Below, piece by piece: positions 18,071-27,216 of a stretch of 60,468 nucleotides of DNA (the first letter of the stretch is position 1; every line of letters begins with the position of its first letter). The stretch lies in IMG/VR virus record IMGVR_UViG_3300036793_000054, positions 1 to 60,468 of that record; one strand, 5' to 3'. Both the position numbers and the translations under genes were made by a program. The notes beneath the pieces are model-generated. The model made no database searches and was not told the DNA's origin. It was given only the letters and a program-made list of their open reading frames with translations. The DNA is from a virus. Lineage: Duplodnaviria > Caudoviricetes.

Positions 18071-18312
18071 CGACTCGCGAGGATCTGGCCGCGACCGCGC
18101 GCGAGCACGGTTGGACGCCGCTCAGGGTCAGCTGGTGGCGCTCGGACCGGTGGTCGCGCGGCGCCGAGCAGGTGATCGTGATCTTCACCGACAGCGGGCG
18201 CGTGTCGCAGGCGAGCCTGCTGCGCGACCGGATCCAGACGGAAGCGGTCTACGCGACGAATAGGAGCTATTCGGACAAGGTTGCGAAGGTATCGAGCTGG
18301 CTCACCAACTGA
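18067..18312 (+). CDS. Hypothetical protein
   Basis: GTGA overlap. Confidence 0.6.
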   Translation: MTTREDLAATAREHGWTPLRVSWWRSDRWSRGAEQVIVIFTDSGRVSQASLLRDRIQTEAVYATNRSYSDKVAKVSSWLTN

Positions 18313-18337
18313 GACTATCGCCACAGGTAGAACGGCA

Positions 18338-18366
18338 TTGTGTCCCGCTGGTACGTCGGGTAACAT
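18338..18366 (+). promoter_or_regulatory. Repeated promoter/operator, copy 6
   Basis: TTGTGT-CCCGCTGGTACGTCGGG-TAACAT. Confidence 0.85.
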
Positions 18367-18396
18367 GGTCTTATCACCCCAACCGAGGAGGACCAC

Positions 18397-18714
18397 ATGG
18401 CCGCCAACACTCGCACTCCGCGCGAGGCTGCCGACGCTGAAGCCGCCCAGCGCGCCCGCGCCAACGGCGAGCGTCTGCGCGCCACCACTACGCGCGAGTC
18501 TCGCGAAGCCGCCGCCAACCAGCTCGCCGAGGTCGACCAGCAGATGATCGCGCTGGACCAGCTGCACACTCAGCTGTCCGCGCGGGGCGCCTACTCGGCC
18601 GCCACCCGCGTGCACGAGCAGTGGCGCACGCTAGCGATCCAGCAGGCCAAGCTGGCGGCGAAGGCCGAAGCCGACGCTGAGTCTGGCTACCTCGCCCAGG
18701 GTATCGAGCTCTGA
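18397..18714 (+). CDS. Hypothetical coiled-coil protein
   Basis: ACCGAGGAGG RBS. Confidence 0.7.
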   Translation: MAANTRTPREAADAEAAQRARANGERLRATTTRESREAAANQLAEVDQQMIALDQLHTQLSARGAYSAATRVHEQWRTLAIQQAKLAAKAEADAESGYLAQGIEL

Positions 18715-18719
18715 ACGCG

Positions 18720-18757
18720 GCGAGACCCCGGCATCCCCCTTGGTGCCGGGGTCTCGC
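18720..18757. terminator. Terminator hairpin between convergent genes
   Basis: 14-bp stem GCGAGACCCCGGCA/TGCCGGGGTCTCGC. Confidence 0.8.
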
Positions 18758-18836
18758 GCTGCCTGGGTGGCCGCCGGGCGGAGCTGGCGCCGTGCTTGGT
18801 GGCTTCAGCCGGGGGTACCCGGCGACCGAGGGCAGC

Positions 18837-19094
18837 CTACTCGTCCGCGCCGAACACCTGGTTGCGTGCGCGCCGTGCGTCCCGGATCAGCTTGTTCAGG
18901 CCGTCCCGGTCCAACTGGATGTAGTCGCCCGCCAGGAACGTTTGCTCATCGAAGCTCGGCGTGTCGGCCGTGCCTTCGTGGTGCTCGGTACGCACCTCGC
19001 CGACCGTCATCTGCACGAACTGGCCTTCGCGGGACCAGGACAGTTCGCCCCGGTACTGCTCGGTACCCCGATGCCGGATGATCTCTTTGGGCAT
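18837..19094 (-). CDS. Hypothetical protein
   Basis: GGAGGG RBS; LDRDGLNKLIRDARRARNQVFGADE. Confidence 0.7.
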   Translation of the reverse strand: MPKEIIRHRGTEQYRGELSWSREGQFVQMTVGEVRTEHHEGTADTPSFDEQTFLAGDYIQLDRDGLNKLIRDARRARNQVFGADE

Positions 19095-19138
19095 GTCGCC
19101 CTCCCTTCACGGAGCGGCCTCGCGCCGCCGAGGAGAGC

Positions 19139-20020
19139 TTAGCCGCCGCAGACCAGCACGCCGTTGACTTGCGTGGTGGCCAGGCCGCTCGGTTCGGTGA
19201 TGTTCGTGGTGCTCGGCGCGCTGCCGTTCGGGCACACCTGCGCTTGCGGCACCGGACCGGCATCCGACGTGGTGCCGTCCGAGTAGGTGACGATCATGTG
19301 CCCGGCACTGTTGAGCACCACCGAGGACACGCTGACCCCATTGGATCCGTCCGTCCCGTTTGCTCCATTGGCTCCGTTTGCTCCAGCCGCGCCAGTCGCG
19401 CCCGCAGGCCCCACCACGTTGCCCAGGTCGCTACTCGTGCCGTCCGAGTACGTCACCACCAGATCCGTGCCGACGATCGCGGAGCCGGTGATCCCGCGCC
19501 CGTCCTTGCCGTCCGCGCCCTTGATGCCCTGCGGTCCGGTCACGGTGCCCACGTCGGCGCTCGTGCCATCCGTGTACACCACGATCAGGTCGCCGTTGAA
19601 CAGGTGCGTGGAGGCGATGCCGCGACCCGGCTGACCGTTGCTGCCGTTCGCGCCGGACGGTCCAGCCGGTCCACTCGGCCCAGGGATCTCGATTGCCGAC
19701 TGCACCTTGCTCGCCTGGGTGCACGCGCCCGCCGCGTTCAACTGGGTGGCCGCCACGCCGCCCTGGTCGCACACTGACTGGACCTGACCGGCCAGCGGCG
19801 CCGCCTGGCTCTGGACCGCCGTCACCCTCGCGTCCGAGCTGTCCGCGTGATCCTGGGTCTGGCTGGCCAGGCTCACGAACCACAGGCTGGCCACGAACAG
19901 CAGCGCCAGCACCAGTGCGATCACCGCGCCCACCCAGTACGTCGGCACCTGGATGTGGAAGCGGTCGCGCCACGTCTGTCGGCGCTGCTGCTGAGTCGGT
20001 CCCGCGCTGTGCTCGCTCAT
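19139..20020 (-). CDS. Membrane-anchored collagen-like protein
   Basis: TM helix, Gly-X-Y runs, three LxVxY(S/T)DGTxxDxG repeats, Cys pairs. Confidence 0.8.
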   Translation of the reverse strand: MSEHSAGPTQQQRRQTWRDRFHIQVPTYWVGAVIALVLALLFVASLWFVSLASQTQDHADSSDARVTAVQSQAAPLAGQVQSVCDQGGVAATQLNAAGACTQASKVQSAIEIPGPSGPAGPSGANGSNGQPGRGIASTHLFNGDLIVVYTDGTSADVGTVTGPQGIKGADGKDGRGITGSAIVGTDLVVTYSDGTSSDLGNVVGPAGATGAAGANGANGANGTDGSNGVSVSSVVLNSAGHMIVTYSDGTTSDAGPVPQAQVCPNGSAPSTTNITEPSGLATTQVNGVLVCGG

Positions 20021-20358
20021 GGGTGACCTGGTTTCGGTTGCCCCTCCAAGGCCTGGATCACGTCCACGATCCGGGCCAGCTCGATGTTCCCTTCGCCTTC
20101 CGCCTTGCCAGCCAGGTAGTCCACGCTCAACTCCTTGGGGATCGGCGGCCAGCCGGGGTGAGTGTCCCACCCTTCGCGCGCGGCCAGCAGGTCCACCGCG
20201 TACATCCTGCGCGCATAGGCGACATTTGTGACCCGAAGTTCCCGCAGCTCGCGTGCCTCACGGCCGAGCCGCCGAGTACGGAAGGTCATCAGCGTAACCA
20301 GCAGGAACAACACGCCGGTCAAGATCGGGATCAGCGTGGACAGTGCCGTGAGGCTCAT
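20017..20358 (-). CDS. Membrane protein (1 TM)
   Basis: N-terminal hydrophobic helix; ATGA overlaps. Confidence 0.65.
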   Translation of the reverse strand: MSLTALSTLIPILTGVLFLLVTLMTFRTRRLGREARELRELRVTNVAYARRMYAVDLLAAREGWDTHPGWPPIPKELSVDYLAGKAEGEGNIELARIVDVIQALEGQPKPGHP

Positions 20359-20786
20359 CTTGCACCTCTCGCCGCCACGTCTTCCGCTTCCGCCAACGCG
20401 CCCCCCACAACGCCGAAGATGACCGCCAGCACGCTCGCCGCCGCCGGAAACGTGACCGGCAGCAGCGGGCTCGGCGCGAATGCCGCGAACCACAACTCGG
20501 TGGCGTAGAACGCCCAGACCGCGCCCGCCACCGCGTGTGCCTGCGGCCGATAGCGCTCATAGAACCAGGTGATCGCCAGGAACAGCGCGGACATGCCGAA
20601 CGCGAACAGCCACCACCAGTTGAGGTCGGTCAGCCGGGCGACCTGGGCTTGCGCCACCGGCACGCCCCGCAGCGCGATGCTGGTGCTCACGTGCAGCAGC
20701 GCGAAGATCAATTGCAGACCCAGGAGCACGCCGGACAGCAGGCGCGAGGCCAGGTGTCCGGCGTGTAGGCCCCGGGTAAACGGCAT
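20355..20786 (-). CDS. Multi-pass membrane protein
   Basis: About four hydrophobic helices. Confidence 0.65.
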   Translation of the reverse strand: MPFTRGLHAGHLASRLLSGVLLGLQLIFALLHVSTSIALRGVPVAQAQVARLTDLNWWWLFAFGMSALFLAITWFYERYRPQAHAVAGAVWAFYATELWFAAFAPSPLLPVTFPAAASVLAVIFGVVGGALAEAEDVAARGAR

Positions 20787-20788
20787 GA

Positions 20789-20995
20789 TCAGCTGCTGGC
20801 CAGGAGTTGGCCGAGCACGATCGCCGCGAACACCAGCGCCAGCCCCGCGCAGGCACCGACCAGGATCCACCAGGCAGTGACGGCAGGGTTGCGCGGCTCG
20901 ACTCGCCGAGCGGCCAGGAACGTCGCGATCAGCAGGCCGAGCGCGACCAGCAGCGCGCCCAGGTCACCGAGCAGGGACAGCGTGAAAGTGGACAT
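20789..20995 (-). CDS. Small membrane protein (2 TM)
   Basis: MSTFTLSLLGDL..., TGATG overlap. Confidence 0.6.
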   Translation of the reverse strand: MSTFTLSLLGDLGALLVALGLLIATFLAARRVEPRNPAVTAWWILVGACAGLALVFAAIVLGQLLASS

Positions 20996-21594
20996 CAGGC
21001 AGCCTTCTTTCCGTGGTGTGCCTTGAATAGCGCGCGACCCTTGGGAGTGGCCAGCATGACGTTCGTCGTCTCGCCTGCCGCCTTCGGCCCCACGTACTTC
21101 AGCAGCAGGGCGTGCAGCGTGGTCCATGGGTTCGCCGAGCTCATCCACTTCGCCGCGCCCTTGCCACGCGTCCAGTATGTCCACAGCGGGTGACCAGGGC
21201 CGAAGGGCAGCTTGGATGCCCACGGCCAGACCGGCGGATTCGCCAGCGACCAGGCCTCGTCCGCCTCGGCGCTGTACTCATCCAGGCTGATCAACGACAG
21301 CTTCGAGCCGCGCGATTTGATCTCGTCCTTGACCGCCTGGTGCGCCTTGGACACCGCACCCGGACGGCCGAGCAGCTGGGCACGCCGCTGGAACTCCTTG
21401 TCGATCTCCTTCAGGTGCGGTGTCTCGGTGTCCTTCAGATCCTTGCGCGCCTTCGCCGTGGACGTGTGCTGCGCCAGCTTGTCGGCCGCGCTGGACACGC
21501 TGGCGACCGAGCTACCACCGACCTTGATCCACCCGTGGATGTAGCCGCCCGGCCCAACGAAGCTGCCCGGCTCTACCGGGCCGAGGCGAAAGGG
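20995..21594 (-). CDS. Protease-associated extension domain, probably expressed by -1 frameshift
   Basis: Frame open to slippery site at 21594; VGPGGYIHGWIKVG lies upstream of the first start codon (21498); LWTYWTRGKGAAKW motif. Confidence 0.7.
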   Translation of the reverse strand, partial: PFRLGPVEPGSFVGPGGYIHGWIKVGGSSVASVSSAADKLAQHTSTAKARKDLKDTETPHLKEIDKEFQRRAQLLGRPGAVSKAHQAVKDEIKSRGSKLSLISLDEYSAEADEAWSLANPPVWPWASKLPFGPGHPLWTYWTRGKGAAKWMSSANPWTTLHALLLKYVGPKAAGETTNVMLATPKGRALFKAHHGKKAA

Positions 21595-23444
21595 TCGATA
21601 CCGAGACTCTCCAGCGCAGCCGTCTTGCCGATCGCCAGCAGCGCCGCGCTCTTACGGTCCGCCATGCCCGGCTCGGCTCCCTCGTCACCCTCGTCCCCCG
21701 CGTCGTCGTCGTTGTCCAACGGCCGATCGATATCCCCGTCGTTGTCCGGGTCGAAGAACGCGATCAGCGCCGCGTTGACCGCCTGAGTGACCTGGCCGAT
21801 CGTGATCCCGCCGCCCGGCACGAACTCGCGCGGCGCCTGCAGTAGGCCAGCCGCCACCAGGCTCACCGCCTCGCCACTGGCCACCCGCGAGCGCGGCACC
21901 GGGTAGCCAGGCGTGTTCACGCTCAAGATCGCGCACAGCTCGAGGTTGCCGCCATGGTTGCGCCAGTCTCCCGAGGGCGGGCTGGACAGCAGTCGGTCCA
22001 CCTCGGCCTCCGACAGCGCCGCCGTGAGGCCATGGATCCAGATGCCGTGCGCGTCCTCGCCAGCGGCCACGTCCGCGACCGCCAGGCACTGGTTGTCGTA
22101 GAAGGCCACCGTCTCGGCCTCGGACAGGGTCGGCCCCGCGTGCCCGCCGGTTGCCGCATCCCGGGACATGCTGATGTGGCCCACCGCGACGGTGCGCTGC
22201 TCGCCGGTCTCGTCCACTACCCTGGCCGCGCCGGTCGCGAACCGCGCGTAGTCGGTGCGGGTGTGCGGGGGACGAACACAGCGCCCGGAATAGGAGACGT
22301 GGCACTCGTTCCAGGTGGCGATGTGGCCGCTGATCTCGCGGCGCCCGTCCGCGCGCGGCTGCCCGATCACGATCGGGGTGGGTGCGCCCAGGTGTGGATC
22401 GGAGAAGATCGCGATGCCGGGCAGTTCGTGCACCGGCTCGGCGCCTGCGGTCAGCGAACCATCGGCCTTCCAGTTCTCCGGCAGCATCTTCTCCAGGCCG
22501 AGGCTCTTGGCCGCTTTGATGATGTGGCGCCGGATCGCGTTGTGCGCGGAGTCGCCACCGTTGCCGCGCCCCACGGCCTTGATCGCCTTGGTGAGGTCGC
22601 TGCCGTTCTCCACCGGGTATCGGGCGTCGCCGTCGCTCTTGCCGGGCAGCGGCGGCATCGCCAGACCCTTGCCCAGGGCGCGCTTGCGCTTGGTGGCGTC
22701 CGGCGTGTCGGCGAGCTCGTAGCCGTCCCGGTCGTAGCCGAGCAGGCAGATGCCGCATTCGTCGCCGAGGTCGGCCGCGCGGAAAGGCGCCAGGGTGAGC
22801 GTCTCGTAGCCGCTGGCGACCAGGGCGGGATCGCCGTCCGGCTCGAGCTGGCCGCCGCCCACTTCCACGTAGGCCTCCTTGAACGCGGGGATCGGGCACA
22901 GCGTGGTCGCGGCGATGGTGCCCTTGGTGATGTTGATCTCCGGCTTGTCGTCCTCGGCGAACGACTCGTCATAGTCGACATCGGACAGGTCCACCGAGTT
23001 GCCGCGCAGGTGACCCTGCCGCGCCAGCTTGCCGCCGGTCGTCTCCGGATCCGCCACCCCCTCGCCCTGCCAGATGAACGTGCCCTCGGGGAATGGCTCG
23101 CCGGTCTGGCGGCTAGTCACCTCCGGACCGGGCGTGCGCCAGATCTTCGTCAGGTGCCCGATCACCTCGGCGCCCGCGTGGCCGCCCTCCTGGCCCGGGT
23201 TCGTGTACTGGGCCAGGATCGAGATCGGCAGCGCGCGGTGATCCAGCGCGTCCGCCGCGATCGTCCGGCCGTCGCTCGTGCTGGCGCCCTCCACCACCAG
23301 ACAGGGGAAGAACAGCGGCAGCTCGCCCTGCTCGTTCAGGTCCGACCCGACCTCGGGGGCCGCGTCGGCAGGGGTCGGCTGTGCCTTGCCCGCGCTCGCC
23401 TGCTTCTTGGCCATGATCGTCTCCCTCACGCTACGTTCAACCAC
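21573..23444 (-). CDS. Capsid maturation protease-like protein (start 23444 or 23414)
   Basis: VEGASTSDGRTI, GHAGAEVIGH, SVDL, ATTLCPIPAFKEA; C-terminal GHIATW, GEDAHGIW, SGDWR, VNTPGYP; follows portal. Confidence 0.8.
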   Translation of the reverse strand: MVERSVRETIMAKKQASAGKAQPTPADAAPEVGSDLNEQGELPLFFPCLVVEGASTSDGRTIAADALDHRALPISILAQYTNPGQEGGHAGAEVIGHLTKIWRTPGPEVTSRQTGEPFPEGTFIWQGEGVADPETTGGKLARQGHLRGNSVDLSDVDYDESFAEDDKPEINITKGTIAATTLCPIPAFKEAYVEVGGGQLEPDGDPALVASGYETLTLAPFRAADLGDECGICLLGYDRDGYELADTPDATKRKRALGKGLAMPPLPGKSDGDARYPVENGSDLTKAIKAVGRGNGGDSAHNAIRRHIIKAAKSLGLEKMLPENWKADGSLTAGAEPVHELPGIAIFSDPHLGAPTPIVIGQPRADGRREISGHIATWNECHVSYSGRCVRPPHTRTDYARFATGAARVVDETGEQRTVAVGHISMSRDAATGGHAGPTLSEAETVAFYDNQCLAVADVAAGEDAHGIWIHGLTAALSEAEVDRLLSSPPSGDWRNHGGNLELCAILSVNTPGYPVPRSRVASGEAVSLVAAGLLQAPREFVPGGGITIGQVTQAVNAALIAFFDPDNDGDIDRPLDNDDDAGDEGDEGAEPGMADRKSAALLAIGKTAALESLGIDPFASAR

Positions 23445-26107
23445 TCGTCCCGGATGCGCAGCACCCGGTCACGCATATCCCTGGTCTGCTGGGCCGTTGT
23501 GCCGGTGCGCCCGGCCGCGTCGTCCATCTCCGCCAACCGCCGGATGTCGCGCATCGCCGGGGTCTCCGGCTGCTGCGCGGCGGCGATCGAGTCCCGCAGC
23601 TCGGGGTCCATGTCGCTGGCGTTCTGCGGGAAGATCCAGGCCTGGACGACGTGACACCGGCAGCCGTCGTGATCGCCTGGGTGGTAATAGTCACCCAACC
23701 ACGCGGTTGCCTTGCTGGTGGCCAACCGCGCGTCGCTCATCGAGTCGTACCGGTGATCATCCAGCGCCTTGTGCGGGTGGAACGTGTTGCGCGGATCCGT
23801 GCCGTACACCCACATGTAGCCGAACGCCGGACCAGCCTTCGCGGTGATCAACTCGGTGATCGTGCCGCCCAGCGCCAGGCCGCCCAGTGGCGCCGAGCTC
23901 GAGCCGCCTTCCTTCAGGCCTGCCGGTGCGCCGCCGATCGTGGCCAGCGCCGTGCGGATGTCGCCCGCGCGCACCACGTCGTCCGGGTTCGCCTCGCCGG
24001 TCGGCGCGTGTCCCTCACGGCCATACAGCCGATCCATGGTGCGCTGCTTGAGCTGCTCGTGCAGCTGGTGCCAGGCGCCGCGCTGTCGGCCGGTGAACGT
24101 GCGCCGCAGTGCCGAGACCGCGCCGAGCTCGAGGTTGAGCAGCTTCTGGGCGACCAGGCAGGCGTTCTTGATCGCATCGGCGGTCCAGGCGATGAACTTC
24201 GCTTCGAGGTAGGCGAACGCGGCGGCCAGCAGTGCGTCCTCGGTGACACCCAGCTCGGCCACCTTGTCCGGGCCGAGGAAGGCAGCGAGATCATCGGCGT
24301 GCTCGGCCAGGTCGCCCTTGTCGATCTTGCGCTGTGCCGCCGAGCGAATCCGCGCGTTTGCTTTTTCGATGGCGCGCGCGATCGCCGCGTCGGCCGCGAC
24401 CGTGAGCCGCTCCAACAGTGCCGTGTCGATGGCGGCCAGCTTGTCACCTGTGATCACCCGCAGCGCTGGTACCGCCGTGGTACCAGCCGCCGTGAGCGCG
24501 AGCTGCTCGCTCATCCGTCCGGTACCACTGCTCGGTGGCGGGCTCGGGTTCTGGTGCGGGATCGAGCCAGCGCCCGGCTTGGCCTCCGGATGTGCGGGCA
24601 GTGCCGCGCGCTGCGGTGGCGTCACCTGGTTCTGGCCGTTCGCCGGACTCGGTACCACCGTGGTACCACTACCGGCGGGTGGCGGGATCGTGATGCCCGC
24701 GCCGGGCAGCAGCCGGGCGATCAGCGTGGCCGCCGTGGTCGGGTCGGTGCTGACCTTGCTCGCCAGCATCTTGATCAAGTCGTCGTTGGTGGGCTCATCG
24801 TCGACGTTGAAGCCGAGCGCCTCGCGCAACGTCTGGCCGCTGATCTGGAAGCGGTCGTATGCGTCCTTCGCGTCCTGCGCGCGGTTCGCGTTCTCCGTGA
24901 CCTTGCCTGCGTCGTACCAGACAACGACCTGTTCGACCTCTTGCGGGTCCAGGCCGTAGCCACCCTCGGTGACCGGCTGAATCAGGCTCGGCCGCAGGTA
25001 GCCCTCGGTGAAGCTGTCGACGATCATCCGCACGCCGGGCTCGAGGTGGTTGCGGAACGTCGTTGCGTCGATCACGTACGCGTTCCAGTGATTGGTGTCC
25101 TGCAGGCCGGTCACCACGGTGGGCGGCACGTCGATCGACTCGGCCATGCGGGTCAGCGAGCGCTCCAGCTTGTCGTTCAGGTCGGCGCTGGTCTCGCGCT
25201 CGAACGTGACGTGCCGGACCGCCTCGATGTCTTCCTTGTCCGCTTCGACGATGATCGGCGCGACCGCGCCACCCTCACCCTCGTTGACGATCGGCGCCAG
25301 GATCGCCGCGTTCAACTCCTGCACGAAGTCCTGTTCACCCTGCTTGTCGTCCGCCCCGAACGGAGACTTCAGGCTCATGTTCTGGGTGACGAACAGGATG
25401 CCGTTCGCCGCGATCCGGCTGCGCGCCGCCGCCCGCAGCTCGCGACCGGACAGGATGATGTCCTCCAGCACGTCCTGCAGGCTGCGCAGCGGGCTGTCCG
25501 ACAGCTTCTTGAACCTCGGGTGCGGCACCCACAGCCGGATCAAAACCTCGGTCTTCGGATCGATCTTGCGACCGGCACGCCCCGGCACCTCCACGATGCC
25601 CAGCGTCGCGCCCGACCCCATCGGCTGCACCTCGTCAGTCGAGAGGATCTGCCAGCGCTCCTTCTTCGTCGCCGGGTCGGTGCTGCCGTGCAGCCAGCCC
25701 TCACCCGCGATCGAGAAGCAGGTATCGGCCACGCCCATGAAGCCGTAGCCGTTGCGCCACGGCAGCTTGTTCAGTGCGTCCTGGGCAGCCTTCTTCAGCG
25801 CTGGCGAGAGCGTGCACTTGTCCGAGTCGACATCGATCGGCTCATCCTCGCCTTCGACCACCTGGCCGATCTTCAGTGCCACCTTGGAGATCGCGTTCGC
25901 CCGGAAGCGCATCGCGCCCGCCAATTCCGGCACCAGATCCCGATAGTCCCAAGCGTGCGTTTGCCAGCCCATCCGCATCGCGGTCAGCGTGTTGACCACC
26001 TTGCGGTTCGTGAGATCGATCCGCGCGCCCGACGCCGTCATCACGCCAGCGGCAACCTTCTTGCCGTCCGGGCCGATGATGCGCTGAGCACCCCACGATC
26101 CGCTCAC
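23426..26107 (-). CDS. Portal protein fused to MuF-like domain, 893 aa
   Basis: WQTHAWDYRDLVPEL, IRLWVPHP, DSPLRS, NHWNAY portal motifs; Pro-rich linker; C-terminal HPGDHDGCRC. Confidence 0.88.
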   Translation of the reverse strand: MSGSWGAQRIIGPDGKKVAAGVMTASGARIDLTNRKVVNTLTAMRMGWQTHAWDYRDLVPELAGAMRFRANAISKVALKIGQVVEGEDEPIDVDSDKCTLSPALKKAAQDALNKLPWRNGYGFMGVADTCFSIAGEGWLHGSTDPATKKERWQILSTDEVQPMGSGATLGIVEVPGRAGRKIDPKTEVLIRLWVPHPRFKKLSDSPLRSLQDVLEDIILSGRELRAAARSRIAANGILFVTQNMSLKSPFGADDKQGEQDFVQELNAAILAPIVNEGEGGAVAPIIVEADKEDIEAVRHVTFERETSADLNDKLERSLTRMAESIDVPPTVVTGLQDTNHWNAYVIDATTFRNHLEPGVRMIVDSFTEGYLRPSLIQPVTEGGYGLDPQEVEQVVVWYDAGKVTENANRAQDAKDAYDRFQISGQTLREALGFNVDDEPTNDDLIKMLASKVSTDPTTAATLIARLLPGAGITIPPPAGSGTTVVPSPANGQNQVTPPQRAALPAHPEAKPGAGSIPHQNPSPPPSSGTGRMSEQLALTAAGTTAVPALRVITGDKLAAIDTALLERLTVAADAAIARAIEKANARIRSAAQRKIDKGDLAEHADDLAAFLGPDKVAELGVTEDALLAAAFAYLEAKFIAWTADAIKNACLVAQKLLNLELGAVSALRRTFTGRQRGAWHQLHEQLKQRTMDRLYGREGHAPTGEANPDDVVRAGDIRTALATIGGAPAGLKEGGSSSAPLGGLALGGTITELITAKAGPAFGYMWVYGTDPRNTFHPHKALDDHRYDSMSDARLATSKATAWLGDYYHPGDHDGCRCHVVQAWIFPQNASDMDPELRDSIAAAQQPETPAMRDIRRLAEMDDAAGRTGTTAQQTRDMRDRVLRIRDEWLNVA

Positions 26108-26110
26108 GCG

Positions 26111-26419
26111 TCAACCTCCTGGCTCGGACTCCCACCGGTCGGTGACCTCGGACAGCAGACCGGTTACCGCCGAGGCTGCCAGGATCGCGACCAGGGCGTC
26201 ATGCACTCGCGGGCTGATCATCCGCAAGAGCACCAGGCCGCCAGCGAGCCAGATGCTCAGACACCACGGGCAGTCCAGGAGCGCCGACCAGCGCGTGGCC
26301 ATGAACGCGTCGTTGCCCTGCAGCTTCGCGCGCAGCTCCGGCAGCGGCCACACTTCGTCCCGCTGCAGCAGGCGCACCGCGCGGTAGGTCGCCAGCCACT
26401 GGGCGAGATCACGGGCCAC
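26111..26419 (-). CDS. Membrane protein (DUF1360-like)
   Basis: LATYRAVRLLQRD...LLDCPWCLSIW. Confidence 0.7.
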   Translation of the reverse strand: MARDLAQWLATYRAVRLLQRDEVWPLPELRAKLQGNDAFMATRWSALLDCPWCLSIWLAGGLVLLRMISPRVHDALVAILAASAVTGLLSEVTDRWESEPGG

Positions 26420-26582
26420 AGTCCGGGCCCCCCGGGCAGTAGCCGACCAGCCGGACGAACCAGTGGATCGGCGAGATCCGCAGACGGAAGCAGCACGGGC
26501 AGCCGAGCGCCGCCAGCATGTGATCGACTCTGTCGCGGCCGAAGACCGAGGCCAGCATGCGCGTCCACAACGAGGTCGTCAC
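26409..26582 (-). CDS. Hypothetical Cys-containing protein
   Basis: GTGA overlap. Confidence 0.45.
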   Translation of the reverse strand: MTTSLWTRMLASVFGRDRVDHMLAALGCPCCFRLRISPIHWFVRLVGYCPGGPDCGP

Positions 26583-26839
26583 AGATCGTCCTTCTTGATC
26601 GGCTCGGTCACGTCGATGCCCACTTCCAGCAGTGCGACCGCGAACGAACACAGCAGTGGCGCGTCGCCTGGGCGGACTATGTGTCGAGTGCTGCCGTCGC
26701 ACGCCGGGCAGTGGATCATGTACTGCTCGACATAGGCGGACGTGTCGCGTCGCCGGACTGGCCGATGTTGCTCAGCCAGTCCGGCGACCAGCTTGGCAGG
26801 CAGACTGATCATGGTCTGCTCACCGTCCGGAATATCCAT
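26579..26839 (-). CDS. Hypothetical protein
   Basis: Overlap chain, CPAC. Confidence 0.55.
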   Translation of the reverse strand: MDIPDGEQTMISLPAKLVAGLAEQHRPVRRRDTSAYVEQYMIHCPACDGSTRHIVRPGDAPLLCSFAVALLEVGIDVTEPIKKDDL

Positions 26840-27171
26840 CAGGCGAACGGCGGCAGCGCGAGCGGAGTCACCAACGTGGTCGCGGCACCCGCCTTGAAGA
26901 CCACGGTCGGGCCGTACTCGTCCACCTCGAACGGTCCAGCGTGCCCCAGGTGACCCGAGGCGACCGCGACGGTCTGGGTGTGCGACACGCCAGGGAAGCT
27001 GACCGTGACGGTGTCGGCTGCGGTCGCGGTGAAGAACAGGTGCGTCTCGCCGTCGTTGGTGATCGAGTTGCCGTTCGTGGCGTCGCAGGCGACCGGCGTC
27101 CAGCTGTCGATCGACATCACGGACGGGCTCTCGCTGTTCAGCTGCTGGACGGGAACGTTCGTTGCGGCCAC
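26839..27171 (-). CDS. Small beta-rich protein, possibly virion-associated
   Basis: AGGAGG RBS; Thr/Val-rich; DATNGNSITNDG. Confidence 0.65.
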   Translation of the reverse strand: MAATNVPVQQLNSESPSVMSIDSWTPVACDATNGNSITNDGETHLFFTATAADTVTVSFPGVSHTQTVAVASGHLGHAGPFEVDEYGPTVVFKAGAATTLVTPLALPPFA

Positions 27172-27216
27172 GGTGTCCTCCTGGATAGATCGGCCTGTCG
27201 GTGGGGACGGTAGCGG

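Noticed and set aside
23651-26953. 1100-aa plus-strand ORF
   Set aside because: Shadow of the portal gene
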